Origin: a virus
Taxonomy: Duplodnaviria > Caudoviricetes
DNA: 46,043 nt
IMG/VR virus record: IMGVR_UViG_3300025398_000035
Location: 1-46,043 of that record
Strand: one strand, 5' to 3'
In this document: in pieces, positions 44,468 through 46,043 of the stretch
Layout of the letters: each line of letters opens with the position of its first letter
Numbering within the stretch: position 1 is the first letter of the stretch
The notes under the pieces: model-generated
Told to the model about the DNA's origin: nothing
The model's database searches: none
Seen by the model: the letters and a program-made list of their open reading frames with translations, nothing else
Made by a program: the position numbers and the translations under genes

Positions 44468-44592
44468 CCCGCCTTGCCGCCCGCTGGGTGCTGCTGCACC
44501 TCACCGTCATGCACGCCATGGCGCGATGGTGTGGCGTTGAGCAGTGGGTGGGCGAAGTGATCGATGAGGCTGAGCGACTGAGACAGGAATAG
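44464..44592 (+). CDS. Small hypothetical protein (42 aa)
   Basis: ATGA-coupled; ends just before the RBS of the next gene. Confidence 0.45.
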   Translation: MTRLAARWVLLHLTVMHAMARWCGVEQWVGEVIDEAERLRQE

Positions 44593-44602
44593 GAGCGCAC
44601 GC

Positions 44603-45715
44603 GTGGCATACTCCCCCGCTTACACCGCCGAGGAAATCCAGCAAGCGCAATCCACGTATCAACAATGCGTCGCCGATGGCTTTGCCGATGTCCGGGCCGG
44701 GGCGTTGGTGGGATTGGGCATCAAATCCGCGCTGGTCGAGGCCGCACGCCGCCTTGACTGGTCGCAAGACCGGGTGAAACGCGTTCTCAACACCGCCGTC
44801 AACAAGGCCGCCGCCATGCCGGAATACAAGGCTCCCGTGCTGCCGGGGCCGGACATTCCGCTCGACGATTTGGTGCGGCAGATGGCGGCGGAACAAAAGC
44901 GTCAGCGCGCCTACCGCAACGCAGCCGAATGGATGCCCTACACCGTCACCGGTGAAGCCCCGTTCGCGCTGGCGTTCGTGGGTGATCCGCACATTGACGT
45001 GTGCGACATTGAGCGGCTGTGCGCGCATCTCGACCTCATTGAAGCCACGCCGCGCATGTGGGCCGTGGGGCTGGGCGACTGGCTCAACTCGTGGGCACCA
45101 AAACTGCAAGGCCAATACGCGCACCAGATGGTGACGCAACGCAACGGCATCCGGCTGGCCGAATGGGTGCTGTCTCGCGACATCTGGTGGCTGCTGCTGT
45201 TGGGCAACCACGACGGCGAGCGATGGCACGGCCACAACAACCCGCTGCGGTGGATGCAGACCGCGTGCCCGGTGCCGGTGCAGGAATGGCAAAGCAAGTT
45301 CACCATCCGCTGCGGCGACGCTACGTGGCGCGTGTGGGCCGCGCACAATTTCCCCGGCAACTCGTCATTCAACGCCAACCACGGGCCGGACAAACGAGCG
45401 TTGCACACGGGCGCGATGGCGGACCTCTACATCGCGGGCGACCGGCACACGTTCAAGCTCTCGCAGGATCAACACGAGCACACCGGCCGCGTTTTTTGGT
45501 CAGCTCGAGCGCGCGGATACAAGCCGCTCGACACCTACGCGCTCGAGGGTGGCCATGGCGAGGCTGGTGGTGAGAAGGGCATAGGCCACACCATTACGGG
45601 CGTGTTCGACCCGCGCGACGGCTCGCTTGTGTGCTTCGCCGAGGTCGAGAAAGCCGCCGCGTATCTGGCCACGATCTCACGTGTGCGCGTCCGCGCAGGC
45701 AGCGCCGCCGCGTGA
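44603..45715 (+). CDS. Calcineurin-like metallophosphoesterase with N-terminal HTH-like region
   Basis: FVGDPH, GLGDW, LLGNHD, AAH and AGDRH motifs; AGGAG RBS. Confidence 0.85.
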   Translation: MAYSPAYTAEEIQQAQSTYQQCVADGFADVRAGALVGLGIKSALVEAARRLDWSQDRVKRVLNTAVNKAAAMPEYKAPVLPGPDIPLDDLVRQMAAEQKRQRAYRNAAEWMPYTVTGEAPFALAFVGDPHIDVCDIERLCAHLDLIEATPRMWAVGLGDWLNSWAPKLQGQYAHQMVTQRNGIRLAEWVLSRDIWWLLLLGNHDGERWHGHNNPLRWMQTACPVPVQEWQSKFTIRCGDATWRVWAAHNFPGNSSFNANHGPDKRALHTGAMADLYIAGDRHTFKLSQDQHEHTGRVFWSARARGYKPLDTYALEGGHGEAGGEKGIGHTITGVFDPRDGSLVCFAEVEKAAAYLATISRVRVRAGSAAA

Positions 45716-45897
45716 CCGATCCCGTCGTGCAGGCCATGGCGCGCGACCTGCGCACGCACGTGGCCATCAGCGACGGGCTGGCGATCTACGTGGTCGAGAT
45801 GCTGATCCTTGCCGCGCGCCATGTGCGCCCGGACGTGATGCCGGGCGTGGTAACGCCGCGTGCTGATTTGGTGGAGTTTAAGGGCGGGGGCGTATAA
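45712..45897 (+). CDS. Hypothetical protein (61 aa)
   Basis: GTGA coupling with the phosphoesterase stop. Confidence 0.5.
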   Translation: MTDPVVQAMARDLRTHVAISDGLAIYVVEMLILAARHVRPDVMPGVVTPRADLVEFKGGGV

Positions 45898-45914
45898 TCT
45901 TCCGTTATTCCAAG

Positions 45915-46043
45915 CGCGGGGGGGGGTGCCGGGCCCTTACGAGCGCATCTGGTCCCGAGTGCGCCGCGTGTCGGATCGGGACAACAATCACACACCCATC
46001 AGCTCCACCACGCGCGCCAGCACGCCCCACAACGGCGAATTGG
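45915..46043 (+). repeat. Terminal direct repeat / circular overlap, right copy
   Basis: Matches 1..130 with one fewer G in the homopolymer. Confidence 0.95.

Larger units (their letters stand above)
1..46043. mobile_element. Complete temperate bacteriophage genome (contractile tail), circularly permuted
   Basis: Integration, immunity, replication, packaging, head, tail and lysis modules are all present. The first ~130 nt recur at the end, and no host housekeeping genes are seen. Confidence 0.95.

Noticed and set aside
811-45897. Stop-codon reassignment
   Set aside because: Core genes are full length in the standard code, and TAA, TAG and TGA are all used as stops.

Overview
The window looks like a complete, circularly permuted genome (about 45.9 kb plus a ~130-nt end overlap) of a temperate myovirus. 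The host is probably an alphaproteobacterium, most likely Acetobacteraceae, judged from protein families recalled from memory, not searched. The left arm carries a small-protein+HTH cassette, attP with a tRNA 3'-end-like core, a tyrosine integrase and excisionase, and a leftward early operon (PAPS-reductase-like protein, SSB, RecT-like annealase, Gp157-like protein, many small ORFs). The middle holds a cI/cro switch with visible operators and promoters, a two-frame C5 DNA methyltransferase, a second small-protein+HTH cassette, replication genes with an iteron origin, and late regulators. The right arm holds PBSX-type terminase, DUF1073/gpF/DUF2213/DUF2184 head genes, a contractile tail with a -1 frameshifted chaperone, baseplate, fibre modules, lysis genes and a metallophosphoesterase. 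The most striking observation is that the first two genes after the repressor-controlled leftward promoter resemble virion proteins of a different capsid lineage. One appears to be an internally deleted major capsid protein unrelated to the phage's own, a candidate capsid decoy or dominant-negative system. The two HTH cassettes have the acr-aca (anti-defence operon) layout. All family calls come from motif reading and recollection; no database search was run.
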